Source of the DNA: an uncultured Clostridia bacterium
GTDB taxonomy: Bacteria; Bacillota; Clostridia; Christensenellales; UBA1242
Length of the DNA: 64,000 nt
Assembly (NCBI GenBank): GCA_934746515.1
Contig: CAKVFH010000001.1
Location: forward strand, 102,279-166,278
Direction: 5' to 3'
A program made the position numbers and the translations under genes. Below, piece after piece: positions 18,748-28,565 of the stretch; position 1 is the stretch's first letter, and the number at the start of each line of letters is the position of its first letter. The notes under the pieces are model-generated. The model had not been told where the DNA came from and did not search any database. It saw only the letters and a list, made by a program, of their open reading frames with translations.

Positions 18748-19067
18748 TGTTAGTTGGGCGAACGCGCAAAGCAATTTGTGAGGAAAGTCCGAGCACCATA
18801 GAGCAATCACGCTTGATAACATCAAGCCAGGGTGACTTGAGGAAAAGTGCAACAGAAAGATACCGCCAGTTTTGGTAAGGGTGAAAAGGTGAGGTAAGAG
18901 CTCACCCGAAACATTGGTGACAATGATTCGCTGTAAACTCCGTGAGGTGCAAGGTGTGGAACATATAGGCTGCTCGTCTGTTCCCATGACCGCTTGAGTA
19001 TGGTAGCAATATCATATCGAGATTGATGTTCGTCTTCAATGACAGAACTCGGCTTACAGACTAACTA
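18748..19067 (+). ncRNA. rnpB: RNase P RNA
   Basis: Universal P4 elements GAGGAAAGTCCGAGC (5') and ACAGAACTCGGCTTAC (3') with matching covariation. The terminal P1 pairs GTTAGT with ACTAAC. Has its own promoter and terminator. Confidence 0.9.
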
Positions 19068-19068
19068 A

Positions 19069-19092
19069 AAGGGTGACGCAAGTCGCCTTTTT
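19069..19092 (+). terminator. Terminator of rnpB
   Basis: GGGTGAC-GCAA-GTCGCCT hairpin followed by TTTT. Confidence 0.7.
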
Positions 19093-19246
19093 ATTTTGCT
19101 ATTTAACTTTATACTTTCATTCTACTTTTTTATTTTGTCATTTGATTTTATTTTTTAATTCTAATTTTTATTTTGCCGTTTGATTTTATAGTTTTATTCT
19201 ATTTTTATATTTTGTAATTTGATTTTGTTTTTTATCTTGTCATTTT
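19092..19246. repeat. Degenerate T-rich tandem repeat with a 38-39 bp period, 4 clear copies plus a decayed tail to about 19330
   Basis: TATTTTG(C/T)N copies start at 19092, 19131, 19169 and 19208. Each is followed by ATTTGATTTTAT...ATTCTA...TTTT. Confidence 0.7.
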
Positions 19247-19386
19247 TAATTTCATTTTTTGTTTTTATGCTTTATCTTTATCATGCCATTTATCATAAAT
19301 CTATCGTCATGTTTTATTGCAAAACAAATTTCCCTTTACAAGCAAAAATGATTGTGCTATAATCTTAAAGATTATAAGGGGGCAGT

Positions 19387-20679
19387 ATGGAAAATCTTTT
19401 TGAAAATAATTCAAAAAAACTTGCACCACTTGCTGATCGTATGCGTCCAAAAACTCTTGATGATTTTTTAGGACAAGAGCATATTGTTAGCAAAAATTCT
19501 TTTTTGCGCCGAGCAATAACTTTTGATAAACTTGGAAGTTGTATTTTTTATGGCCCACCAGGAACAGGAAAGACAACACTGGCTGGAATTATTGCAAATC
19601 AGACCAATAGTCTTTTTGTTTCGTTAAACGCTGTTTCGTGTGGTGTTGCGGATGTTAAACAAGTTATTGCTGATGCAAAACAAAATATTGAACTTTACGG
19701 CAAAAAAACATATCTGCTTCTTGACGAGTGTCATCGTTGGAACAAAGCTCAATCAGACTCCATGCTTGAAGCCATTGAAAAAGGCTATATAATTTTTATT
19801 GGTTCAACAACTGAAAATCCTTTCATTTCAATGACGAGAGCTATTGTTTCAAGATGTCGTGTTTTTGAATTTAAACCACTATCAAAACAAAATATAATTT
19901 CTGCAATAAAAAGAGCACTTTCTGATAAAGAAAATGGTTATGGTAATTTGGAAATTGATATTTCGGATGATGCCATCAATCATTTTGCGGTAACGAGTGG
20001 TGGCGATGCAAGAATTGCGCTCGGAAACCTTGAGCTTGCAGTTTTGTCAAGTGAAAAGAAAAACGGTATTTCAACCATTACACTTGAAGACGCAAAAGAA
20101 GTGTGTGCACATAACACAAACAGTATTGATGAAGATATATACTATGACATGCTTTCAGCTTTTTGCAAAAGCTTGCGCGGAAGCGATGCAGATGCTGCAC
20201 TTTACTGGGCGCACAGATTGATTGCGGCAGGCTGCGACCCATTACTTGTTTTCAGAAGAATGCTCGCTCATTCAAGCGAAGATGTTGGGCTTGCCAATTC
20301 CAGTGCCTTGGTGGTTGCAAATTCTGCAATGCAAGCATATTTGCAAATGGGCAAACCTGAAGGGCTTTTGCCAATGTCGCACGCAATCATTTATATTTGC
20401 ATGAGCCCAAAATCAAACTCGGTTGTAGTTGCAATGAACAAGGCTAAAGAAGATGTCGAAAAAACATTCGTTGGTTCTGTTCCAAATCATTTGAAAAATT
20501 ATAATTACTTAAATGAAAAAAGGGCACACTATAAATATCCACATGATTACGGTGGCTATGTTGATCAACAATATTTGCCAGATGAAATCAAAGATCATGT
20601 TTATTATGTTCCTTCTAAAAATGGCAACGAAGCGTCAATAAAATTGCCAGAAAATAAACTTAAAAATTTAAAAGACTAA
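19387..20679 (+). CDS. rarA: Replication-associated recombination protein A (AAA+ ATPase)
   Basis: Walker A GPPGTGKTT, Walker B LLLDECHRWNK and the MgsA C-terminal domain (YYDMLSAFCKSLRGSD). Confidence 0.85.
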   Translation: MENLFENNSKKLAPLADRMRPKTLDDFLGQEHIVSKNSFLRRAITFDKLGSCIFYGPPGTGKTTLAGIIANQTNSLFVSLNAVSCGVADVKQVIADAKQNIELYGKKTYLLLDECHRWNKAQSDSMLEAIEKGYIIFIGSTTENPFISMTRAIVSRCRVFEFKPLSKQNIISAIKRALSDKENGYGNLEIDISDDAINHFAVTSGGDARIALGNLELAVLSSEKKNGISTITLEDAKEVCAHNTNSIDEDIYYDMLSAFCKSLRGSDADAALYWAHRLIAAGCDPLLVFRRMLAHSSEDVGLANSSALVVANSAMQAYLQMGKPEGLLPMSHAIIYICMSPKSNSVVVAMNKAKEDVEKTFVGSVPNHLKNYNYLNEKRAHYKYPHDYGGYVDQQYLPDEIKDHVYYVPSKNGNEASIKLPENKLKNLKD

Positions 20680-20716
20680 CTCAAAAATAAACCCATTTAC
20701 AAACACTAGGAGTTAT

Positions 20717-22903
20717 ATGATTACAGCAGAAGAACTAGAAAAAGAGAAACAATATTTAAAAACCGTATGCAGAGTTCTTGCAGAAGAAATTGAAAATTAT
20801 GATTCTAAAGTCAAGGCTCTTTCAAATAATATTCAAGAACAAATGACTTATGCTTGGGATAAAACAAATCGTCTTTCTGACACTGAATTTATTTATGCCG
20901 TAGCAAACATTCAAAAGCGTTCAGTTTATGCTGAAAATGCAAACAAAAAAGTGACAAGCTATAAAAAAATGCTTAACAATGCCTATTTTGCACGCATTGA
21001 TTTTGATGATGGTGAAGAAGTTTTGCCAGTTTACATCGGCATTGCGTCTCTTCAACAGGATGATGATTTTTATGTTTATGACTGGCGTGCACCAATTTCA
21101 AGTATGTTTTATAATAGTGAAATTGGAGATGCCAGCTACACAATTTCGTCAGGCGATAAAATCACAGGAAAAATAACACTTAAAAGACAATACAAAATTA
21201 GCAATGGCGAACTTATTGAAGTGTTTGACACAGACATGCAAATTATTGACAGCATTTTAAAGCGTATGCTTTCAGAAAATGCATCAAACAAAATGAAAAA
21301 CATTGTAAACACAATTCAAAAAGAACAAAATGAAATCATCAGAAAAAACAATGTTGATATTTTGGTTGTTCAAGGTCCTGCTGGTTCTGGAAAAACAAGC
21401 ATTGCTATGCACAAAATTGCATATCTTCTTTATGCAGAACGCGACAAAATCAACAACTCAAATGTTATGATTTTATCACCAAATGAAATTTTTAACAACT
21501 ACATTTCTGATGTTCTTCCAGACATTGGCGAAGACAATGTTGTTCAAGCAACTTTCTTTGAATTTGCAAAAGCATACATCAGCGAATTTTCAATAAGCTC
21601 AAAAATTGAAGATATTTATGAAATTGTTTACGGCGACAAATCAGAAGAAAATAAACTCAAATTTCAAGAACTTCAATTCAAGCACAGCCAAATGTATATT
21701 AACATTTTGCTAGACTACATCGAGAAAAACAAAATGTCGCTTTTTGGACTTGAACCAATTGAAATAAATGACCAAGTTATAATGACTCTTGATGAAATGG
21801 AACAACAGGCAAATTCTGTTAAACCATCAGGCGAAAGTTTGTATAATCGTGGAAAGAAAATCATTGAAAGAATTTTTCTTGCTGCCAGCCTAAAAACGCA
21901 AAAACATTTAACTTTAGACAAAATTAAGGCTCAATTCCTTGAAAATTTGACAAAAATTAAATCTAAAATAGCTCCGCTTTATGAATCGCTTTATGAAAAC
22001 ATGGATTCTTTTAAGGCGTTTGTAACTGAAGAATTTAAAAAATATAAGCAAGAAAAAGAACTTGAAAAATATAATCTTGACTATATTTTTAACGAAACAA
22101 AAACAGCGATTGATGACGGAAGACTTGAATATCAAGATGTGACACCATTCATGTTTTTAAAATCAAAAATCATCGGCATTTCTGCAAACAAAAATATAAA
22201 GTATGTCATGATTGATGAAGCTCAAGACTATTCACTAACACAATACAAAATTATTTCAATGCTGTTTAAAAATGCAAACATTTCGCTTTTAGGTGATATC
22301 AATCAATGCATTTCGCCATTCAATGCTATTACAAATTATGATGAGATTGTTTCAATTTTAAAAGCACAAAAACAGGGTGCAATAAGCGATTACAAGGAGC
22401 TTTCAAAAACATACAGATCAACCTATGAAATCAATAATTTCGCGAAGCAAATTTTCCCAGAAACTGCAAAATATTCACAAGTTGACCGTCATGGCGACAA
22501 GGTTACAATCACAAAACAAACATCTTTTGACGCCGAAGCCATTATAAAAAGGGCTGAAGAATTAAAAAAATCATATAATACAGTAGCAATTATTTGCAAA
22601 AATATTGCCGAAACACTATTATATAAAGAGATAGTTCAAAAACGCGAAAACCAAAACATCTTTAGAATGGTTACAAAAAATGATAACATTTTTGTGTCTG
22701 ACAAAATTATGATTATTCCTTCATATTTGTCTAAAGGTTTGGAATTTGACGCTGTTATTGTCAGCAATGCATCAAGCAAAAACTACACCGAAGATGAGAA
22801 AAATCTTTTGTATGTCGTTTTGACTCGTGCTCTTCACAAGCTTGAGCTGTTTTATACTGACAAGTTTACAAAACTCATAACAGGAGAAACAAATGAAAAA
22901 TAA
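20717..22903 (+). CDS. helD: HelD-type UvrD-like helicase (RNA polymerase-associated)
   Basis: N-terminal FARIDF...VYDWRAPISSMFY plus VVQGPAGSGKTSIAMHKIAYLLY and a C-terminal UvrD-like domain. Confidence 0.75.
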   Translation: MITAEELEKEKQYLKTVCRVLAEEIENYDSKVKALSNNIQEQMTYAWDKTNRLSDTEFIYAVANIQKRSVYAENANKKVTSYKKMLNNAYFARIDFDDGEEVLPVYIGIASLQQDDDFYVYDWRAPISSMFYNSEIGDASYTISSGDKITGKITLKRQYKISNGELIEVFDTDMQIIDSILKRMLSENASNKMKNIVNTIQKEQNEIIRKNNVDILVVQGPAGSGKTSIAMHKIAYLLYAERDKINNSNVMILSPNEIFNNYISDVLPDIGEDNVVQATFFEFAKAYISEFSISSKIEDIYEIVYGDKSEENKLKFQELQFKHSQMYINILLDYIEKNKMSLFGLEPIEINDQVIMTLDEMEQQANSVKPSGESLYNRGKKIIERIFLAASLKTQKHLTLDKIKAQFLENLTKIKSKIAPLYESLYENMDSFKAFVTEEFKKYKQEKELEKYNLDYIFNETKTAIDDGRLEYQDVTPFMFLKSKIIGISANKNIKYVMIDEAQDYSLTQYKIISMLFKNANISLLGDINQCISPFNAITNYDEIVSILKAQKQGAISDYKELSKTYRSTYEINNFAKQIFPETAKYSQVDRHGDKVTITKQTSFDAEAIIKRAEELKKSYNTVAIICKNIAETLLYKEIVQKRENQNIFRMVTKNDNIFVSDKIMIIPSYLSKGLEFDAVIVSNASSKNYTEDEKNLLYVVLTRALHKLELFYTDKFTKLITGETNEK

Positions 22904-23879
22904 TGATAGATCAGAGTTATATCAAAACTATCAGCGAAATTTAATCAAAGCAACTGTTACAACAAATGTTGGAATCAACAATCCTGAAAGAATTGTTAAA
23001 ATGTATGGTGCTAGCGCAAATCGTGTGGAATTGCTCACAAGACTGCGCAAGTATTCAAAATTCACAATTGTTTGGTATATCACATTTTTCCTTTTGGGAC
23101 TTGTGTGCTTGGCAATAAATCCTTCAGGCTGGTTTTATGTTCTTGACCTTTATGTTGTTATGCTTAACATCGACTTGGTGGCTAGGGGAAAACTGGTTGG
23201 AATGTATATCGGAATTTTGGAATGTTTCCTTTACTCATTCAACTGTATGCAAACTAGGCTTTGGGGCGAAGTTATAAAAATGCTGTGCATTTGCGTGCCA
23301 CTCAATATTGCTTCGATTATTAACTGGACAAAATCTTTAAAACAACAAAAATACGAAAAATATTCATCAAAAGAAGATGAAGACATTGTTGTTAGAAGAT
23401 TATCAAAAAAAGAAATCTTCAAGTTTTCAGTTATCGGTGTGTTTGTTGGTCTTGCTTGCTACGCGCTTTTAAAATTTGGCTTGCCACTGATTGGCATAAA
23501 GCAAGATACCGCATTGGAGCTTGGCGCAATATCGCTCACAATTTCAATCATAAGTAAAATTCTCACCGCAAGAAAAAATATGGAAGCCTGGGTGCTTTGC
23601 ATTGCAGGTGATATAATTTGTTTGTTAATGTGGGTTCAATCAATCATTTTTGGTGGTTTTGATTTGACTCAAATTTCCATGATTGTTTATTATCTCGCAT
23701 GTTTCACAAACGATGTTTATGCATTCTCGCTCTGGAAAAGCATGTATCGAAAAATCGCTGTCAATGGCGGAAAATTGCTTGCTATGCGCAAGGTGAACAT
23801 TAGAAGAATTATCAAACTTAAAAGACAATTTAAAAACTTGCACTGGAACAAAAAAGTTGATATGGAAAAAAATAGTTAG
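22893..23879 (+). CDS. PnuC-like nicotinamide riboside transporter family membrane protein (tentative)
   Basis: 328 aa, polytopic. Two PnuC-like segments end in W (LNIASIINW and AFSLW), with a GEV/WG pattern. Overlaps helD by 11 nt. Confidence 0.4.
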   Translation: MKNNDRSELYQNYQRNLIKATVTTNVGINNPERIVKMYGASANRVELLTRLRKYSKFTIVWYITFFLLGLVCLAINPSGWFYVLDLYVVMLNIDLVARGKLVGMYIGILECFLYSFNCMQTRLWGEVIKMLCICVPLNIASIINWTKSLKQQKYEKYSSKEDEDIVVRRLSKKEIFKFSVIGVFVGLACYALLKFGLPLIGIKQDTALELGAISLTISIISKILTARKNMEAWVLCIAGDIICLLMWVQSIIFGGFDLTQISMIVYYLACFTNDVYAFSLWKSMYRKIAVNGGKLLAMRKVNIRRIIKLKRQFKNLHWNKKVDMEKNS

Positions 23880-23892
23880 TCAATAAAAATTA

Positions 23893-23925
23893 AAAGAAAC
23901 ATTGCAAAAAATGTTTCTTTTTTTA
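23893..23925. terminator. Bidirectional-looking terminator after the pnuC-like gene
   Basis: AGAAACAT-TGCAAAAA-ATGTTTCT flanked by an A-run and a T-run. Confidence 0.7.
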
Positions 23926-24047
23926 TTGCGGAAAATAGGAAATGTTTTCGCAAAATTTAAAAATCACAGAAATTATTTTGTGATTTTAGACATAAAAAAA
24001 CACACCCAAAAGTGCTGGCTTGCGACTTTGTTGGATGTGTTTTAATT

Positions 24048-24815
24048 TTATTCTTCGTCTTTTGATTTATCTTTATTTTTTTGAAGAGCGAGTGGAGTGT
24101 AGCTGTCAAACAAAAAGTTATCACAAAAACCTTTAAGTCTGATTTCTTCGCCTTCGCTTTTCATTGTATAGGCAAGAATAGGGATAACACCATAATATTT
24201 TTTCAAGAATTTGTTTGGCATGTCTGCGCCGTCATAAACAATAAAGTTTGGCTCACTTATTTTTTTGTTGAGCAACATTCTCTTTAGTGCAAACTTTTTA
24301 ATGCCAGAAATGTCTTTGTTTCTAAAGAAGCTAGAAAGTTGACCCCTTTTGATTTTTGGTGCATTGTTTTTGAACCATTCCAAAGTGTATGGGTTGAATG
24401 ATTCAACGGCATATTCGCCATCATACTTAATAAGTTCTTTCCAGACAGCTTTTTCAAGTGGCCCAACTTTGTCAAAATTTTTGATTTCAATCAAAACTGG
24501 AACTTTGCCATCAATAGCTTCCAAAGCTTCAGCAAGAGTAGGAATTTTTTCCTTTGTGCCTTGAAGTCTGAAATCTGAAATGTCAGAAAGTGACAAGCTT
24601 GAAATGAAACCATCTCTGCCGGTCATTCTTGCAAGTTTTTCATCGTGGAAAACAACTGGTGTGCCGTCTGCAAGAGCTGTTACATCAAGCTCAATTGGCA
24701 ATTTGCTTTTTACTGCTTGTTTAAAAGCTGCAATTGAATTTTCAGGTATTTTGTCACCAAACAAACCCCTGTGAGCTATTGGTGATTTAACAATCCAAGA
24801 TTCATAAATATTCAT
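24048..24815 (-). CDS. Glycerophosphodiester phosphodiesterase family protein
   Basis: IAHRG...PENS, ELDV and VVFHD motifs. Start moved to the ATG at 24815 (MNIYESW), which has GGAGAG upstream. Confidence 0.8.
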   Translation of the reverse strand: MNIYESWIVKSPIAHRGLFGDKIPENSIAAFKQAVKSKLPIELDVTALADGTPVVFHDEKLARMTGRDGFISSLSLSDISDFRLQGTKEKIPTLAEALEAIDGKVPVLIEIKNFDKVGPLEKAVWKELIKYDGEYAVESFNPYTLEWFKNNAPKIKRGQLSSFFRNKDISGIKKFALKRMLLNKKISEPNFIVYDGADMPNKFLKKYYGVIPILAYTMKSEGEEIRLKGFCDNFLFDSYTPLALQKNKDKSKDEE

Positions 24816-24978
24816 ATAAAACTCTCCAAAATCTAATACAACAATTATACAATTAAAAAATTGCCTTGTCAATATTTAAAGACGGCCAATGGTCAATAAA
24901 ATTGTTAGTTTTTAACAATATTTTGCTAGATGATTGATTTATTTAAGAATTTTGTTTAAAATGATTGTGAGGTTATAT

Positions 24979-26778
24979 ATGAAACGCAAACTAGACAACA
25001 TTAGAAATTTCTCAATCATCGCTCACATTGACCACGGCAAAAGCACATTGGCAGATAGACTTATGGAGTTTACTGGAACCGTTGCAGAACGCGACAGCAA
25101 ACAACAATTGCTTGACTCTATGGACATTGAACGCGAAAGGGGAATAACCATAAAACTAGCCCCTGTAACAATGAAATACACCAAAGACGGCAAAGAATAT
25201 TTGCTCAATTTGATTGACACTCCAGGACATGTTGACTTTACCTATGAAGTTTCAAGGTCGCTGGCAGCATGTGAAGGTGCACTTTTGATTGTTGACGCAA
25301 CACAAGGTGTGCAAGCTCAAACACTAGCAAACTTTTATCTTGCTTTTGAAAACAATCTTGAAGTTTTGCCTGTTATAAATAAAATGGATCTTCCTTCAGC
25401 AAGACCTGAAGAAGCAAAAAAAGACATTGAAACCATTATTGGCATTCCTGCTGACGATGCACCATGTATTTCTGCAAAAACTGGCTTGAACATAAAGCAA
25501 GTTCTCGACCAAATTGTTGATAAAATTCCTGCACCAATTGGTGATGATGATGCACCACTTCAAGCTTTGATTTTTGATAGTTATTATGACAACTACAAAG
25601 GCGCTGTTTGTTTGGTTAGAATCATGAACGGTCAAGTTAAAACTGGAAGCAAAATCAAAATGCTTCAAACAGGAAAAGAGTTTGAAGTTGTTGAAGTTGG
25701 TGTGTTTAAACCAAAAATTGAAAGAACAGACATTTTGACATCAGGCGATGTTGGCTACATTTCCGCCAGCATAAAGACTGTTTCAGATATTAGTGTTGGT
25801 GACACAATAACAGAAATTGACCGTCAGGCTGAAGCCTTGCCAGGCTATAAGAAAATTCAGCCGGTTGTGTATTCCGGAATCTTCCCAATTGACGGCGAAA
25901 AATATAATGCGCTTAAAGATGCTCTTGAAAAAATCAAGTTGTCTGACGCATCGCTCGTTTTCACTCCTGAAACATCAAATGCTTTGGGCTATGGTTTCAG
26001 ATGTGGATTTCTTGGGCTATTGCACCTTGAAATTATCAGCGAAAGACTTGAACGCGAGTTTAACTTGGATGTTATCACAACAATGCCAAGCGTAACATAT
26101 AGAGTGTTTAACAGAAAGGGCGAGATGACAGAAATTTCAAACCCAAGCGATATGCCTGATCCTGATTCAATTGAACATATTGAAGAGCCTTACATTAAAG
26201 CTGAAATCTTTTCGCCACCAGAATATGTTGGTGCGATTATGGATCTTGGAATTGGCAAGCGCGGAGTTTATAAAGATATGCAATACCTTTCAGAAAGCCG
26301 AGTTCGTCTTGATTTTGATTTTCCACTTTGTGAAGTTGTTTATGATTTCTTTGACAAGCTTAAATCCGCCACCCATGGCTATGCTAGTTTTGACTATGAA
26401 ATGGCTGGATATCAAAAGAGCGACATGGTTAAGGTTGACATGCTATTAAACGGCGAGCCTTGCGACGCTCTATCACTTATTGCGCACAGAACAAGAGCTT
26501 ATGACAGGTCAAGAGCTATCACTGAAAAGCTTAAAGAAGTTGTGCCTAGACAATTGTTTGAAATTCCTATTCAAGCAGCCATTGGTGGAAAGATTATTGC
26601 CAGAGAAACTGTAAAAGCGCTTCGAAAAGATGTTATTGCTAAATGTTATGGCGGTGATGTCACAAGAAAGAGAAAACTTCTTGAAAAACAAAAAGAAGGT
26701 AAAAAGAAAATGAAGAAACTTGGCTCGGTAGAATTGCCAAGTGAAGCATTCTTAAGTATACTAAAAATAGATAGTTAA
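24979..26778 (+). CDS. lepA: Elongation factor 4
   Basis: [22 protein letters not shown] and NKMD motifs plus the LepA C-terminal domain. Start taken at [11 protein letters not shown]. Confidence 0.92.
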   Translation: MKRKLDNIRNFSIIAHIDHGKSTLADRLMEFTGTVAERDSKQQLLDSMDIERERGITIKLAPVTMKYTKDGKEYLLNLIDTPGHVDFTYEVSRSLAACEGALLIVDATQGVQAQTLANFYLAFENNLEVLPVINKMDLPSARPEEAKKDIETIIGIPADDAPCISAKTGLNIKQVLDQIVDKIPAPIGDDDAPLQALIFDSYYDNYKGAVCLVRIMNGQVKTGSKIKMLQTGKEFEVVEVGVFKPKIERTDILTSGDVGYISASIKTVSDISVGDTITEIDRQAEALPGYKKIQPVVYSGIFPIDGEKYNALKDALEKIKLSDASLVFTPETSNALGYGFRCGFLGLLHLEIISERLEREFNLDVITTMPSVTYRVFNRKGEMTEISNPSDMPDPDSIEHIEEPYIKAEIFSPPEYVGAIMDLGIGKRGVYKDMQYLSESRVRLDFDFPLCEVVYDFFDKLKSATHGYASFDYEMAGYQKSDMVKVDMLLNGEPCDALSLIAHRTRAYDRSRAITEKLKEVVPRQLFEIPIQAAIGGKIIARETVKALRKDVIAKCYGGDVTRKRKLLEKQKEGKKKMKKLGSVELPSEAFLSILKIDS

Positions 26779-26807
26779 TTTATTACAATAATTTAAAGGA
26801 AAGAGTT

Positions 26808-28013
26808 ATGTCTATCAATAATTTAAGTTTAAGTATTTATGACACTGGACGAAAAAGTTTGAGCATTTATGTTCATATTCCTTTTTGCAATTCAAAATGC
26901 AAATATTGTGCGTTTGTGTCAATGGTTGCAAGTGAAGACGATAAAAAGAGATATTTCGTTGACCTTATGAATGAAATCAAACTGCAAGCAAAAAAATATG
27001 CTGGGTTTTATTCTGTTTCAAGTATCTATATTGGCGGGGGAACTCCTTCATGCTTGGACTATTATTATGTTAGAGATTTGCTTTCTTGTCTTTACAAGAA
27101 CTTTGCTGTTAAAAATACTGCTGAAATCACTATTGAAATCAATCCAAACTCTGCCGACAAAACAAAAATTCGTGAATATGTTTTGTCTGGTGTGAACAGA
27201 TTTAGCATTGGTCTTCAATCGGTTAATCCAAAAATATTAAAAGAAATGGGCAGAACACACACTGTTCAAGATTTTGAAAATGTCGTTGCTGAAATCCGTG
27301 AATATGGAGTCAAGAACATTAGCGCCGATATGATTATCGGGTATCCAGGGCAAAAACTTTCAGATATCAAAGATACTATTGCACTCTTACTTAAACTCCA
27401 AATTCCACACATTTCAACATATATGCTTCAAATTGAGCAGGGAACAAAGCTTAAAGCGTTGGTTGATAATGGTTCAGTATCGCTTCCAAACGAAGACCTT
27501 GTTATTGACATGTATAACTATGTTTTCGATACGCTTTCAAAAGAAGGTTACAATCGTTATGAGCTTTCCAACTTCGCTAAACCAACATTTGAATCTTTCC
27601 ATAATTCTGTTTACTGGAAGCGCAAAGACTATTTGGGCATTGGTTTGGCTGCACACTCATATATTGAAGGCACAAGATTTGCAAACACCGAAAACATAAC
27701 AAAATATGCTTCAAAAATTGAAAACGAACAGGAAATTCCTGTTGAAATTTCAAAGACACTTTCAAAGGAAGAGCAAAAAGAAGAATTCATTATGCTTTCG
27801 CTCCGCACAAAAGAAGGCATTGACCTTGAAGCTTATAAACAAGAGTTCGGTGAAAACCTTGCAGCGAAAAAGAAAGACACAATCGCAACTCTTATCAAGC
27901 TTGGCTTTATCATTCTCACCAACGACAACCATTTGATTTGTTCAAACAAAGGCTTCCTAGTTCTAAACCGCTTGATTTTGGAGCTTGTTGACGGTGACGA
28001 TGTTGTTCAATAA
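26808..28013 (+). CDS. hemW: Radical SAM heme chaperone HemW (HemN-like)
   Basis: CNSKCKYCAF radical-SAM cluster motif and a position between lepA and hrcA, as in Bacillus. Confidence 0.85.
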   Translation: MSINNLSLSIYDTGRKSLSIYVHIPFCNSKCKYCAFVSMVASEDDKKRYFVDLMNEIKLQAKKYAGFYSVSSIYIGGGTPSCLDYYYVRDLLSCLYKNFAVKNTAEITIEINPNSADKTKIREYVLSGVNRFSIGLQSVNPKILKEMGRTHTVQDFENVVAEIREYGVKNISADMIIGYPGQKLSDIKDTIALLLKLQIPHISTYMLQIEQGTKLKALVDNGSVSLPNEDLVIDMYNYVFDTLSKEGYNRYELSNFAKPTFESFHNSVYWKRKDYLGIGLAAHSYIEGTRFANTENITKYASKIENEQEIPVEISKTLSKEEQKEEFIMLSLRTKEGIDLEAYKQEFGENLAAKKKDTIATLIKLGFIILTNDNHLICSNKGFLVLNRLILELVDGDDVVQ

Positions 28014-28121
28014 AACCTGTCTGTTTATTTAATCACAAAACACACAACACTTTTACAGCTTGACACAACGCAAAATGCTTTCATTGTTTGACATGATGTA
28101 AAATCAAAATACTCACACTGA

Positions 28122-28221
28122 TTGCATGCTATAAGCTTGGTGCATTAAGTTGCGAATTATAAGTTTCGTGCTGTAGGTTGCATGTTATAAGTTGCAAATT
28201 TTGAGATTTGAACTATAAGTT
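28122..28221 (+). repeat. Four tandem copies (28-30 bp spacing) of TTGC-N5-TATAAGYT
   Basis: TTGCATGCTATAAGCT at 28122, TTGCGAATTATAAGTT at 28150, TTGCATGTTATAAGTT at 28178 and TTGAACTATAAGTT at 28208. Confidence 0.75.
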
Positions 28222-28281
28222 GCGTGTTATTGTTTATAAAGGTTTATCTATTATATTATTTATAATACATTTAAAAGAAAA

Positions 28282-28323
28282 GGCTTGCGAATTAAATTTG
28301 AGTTTAACTTGCAAGTCTTTTTA
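28282..28323 (+). terminator. Long imperfect hairpin plus T-run in the hemW-hrcA spacer
   Basis: GGCTTGCGAATTAAA pairs with TTTAACTTGCAAGTC (one mismatch plus two G-U wobble pairs), followed by TTTTT. Confidence 0.6.
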
Positions 28324-28448
28324 TTTGCAAAAATTTGCAAAACCGCCTGTTTGTCACAGTTTGTTTTAGCTAAATTTCTGATAAAAGGATAATTAGAATT
28401 TGCACTAAAAAATTTATTAAAATATTTTAAAATTTTGTCATAAATCTG

Positions 28449-28477
28449 TTGACAAAATGTTTTAGCAGTAATATTAT
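28449..28477 (+). promoter_or_regulatory. hrcA operon promoter
   Basis: TTGACA (28449-28454), a 17-nt spacer, then TATTAT (28472-28477). Confidence 0.7.
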
Positions 28478-28485
28478 ATACACTG

Positions 28486-28512
28486 TTAGCACTCATATAG
28501 ATTGATTGCTAA
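28486..28512 (+). promoter_or_regulatory. CIRCE operator (HrcA binding site)
   Basis: TTAGCACTC-N9-GATTGCTAA, against the consensus TTAGCACTC-N9-GAGTGCTAA (one mismatch). It lies directly downstream of the promoter. Confidence 0.9.
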
Positions 28513-28565
28513 TTTATTGCATAAGATTATTGAAAATTGTATATACTTATGAAGGAGGCGGATTT

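Noticed and set aside
18736-18987. 83-aa minus-strand ORF.
   Set aside because: It lies entirely inside the RNase P RNA gene.
19092-19330. Possible CRISPR array. The same question was asked of 56521-57150.
   Set aside because: The repeats are contiguous and degenerate without unique spacers of regular size, and no cas genes are present.
24816-24872. Upstream extensions of listed ORFs. This covers GDPD (24872), lepA (24934), hrcA (28506), mtaB (34355), rpsU (35897), asp23 (51374), yloV (51800), recG (54001) and upp (60250).
   Set aside because: Internal ATGs with proper SD spacing give N-termini that match the conserved starts of these families.
28260-28496. 78-aa minus-strand ORF in the hemW-hrcA spacer.
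   Set aside because: It overlaps the terminator hairpin, the hrcA promoter and CIRCE. It has no SD and an AT-driven composition.
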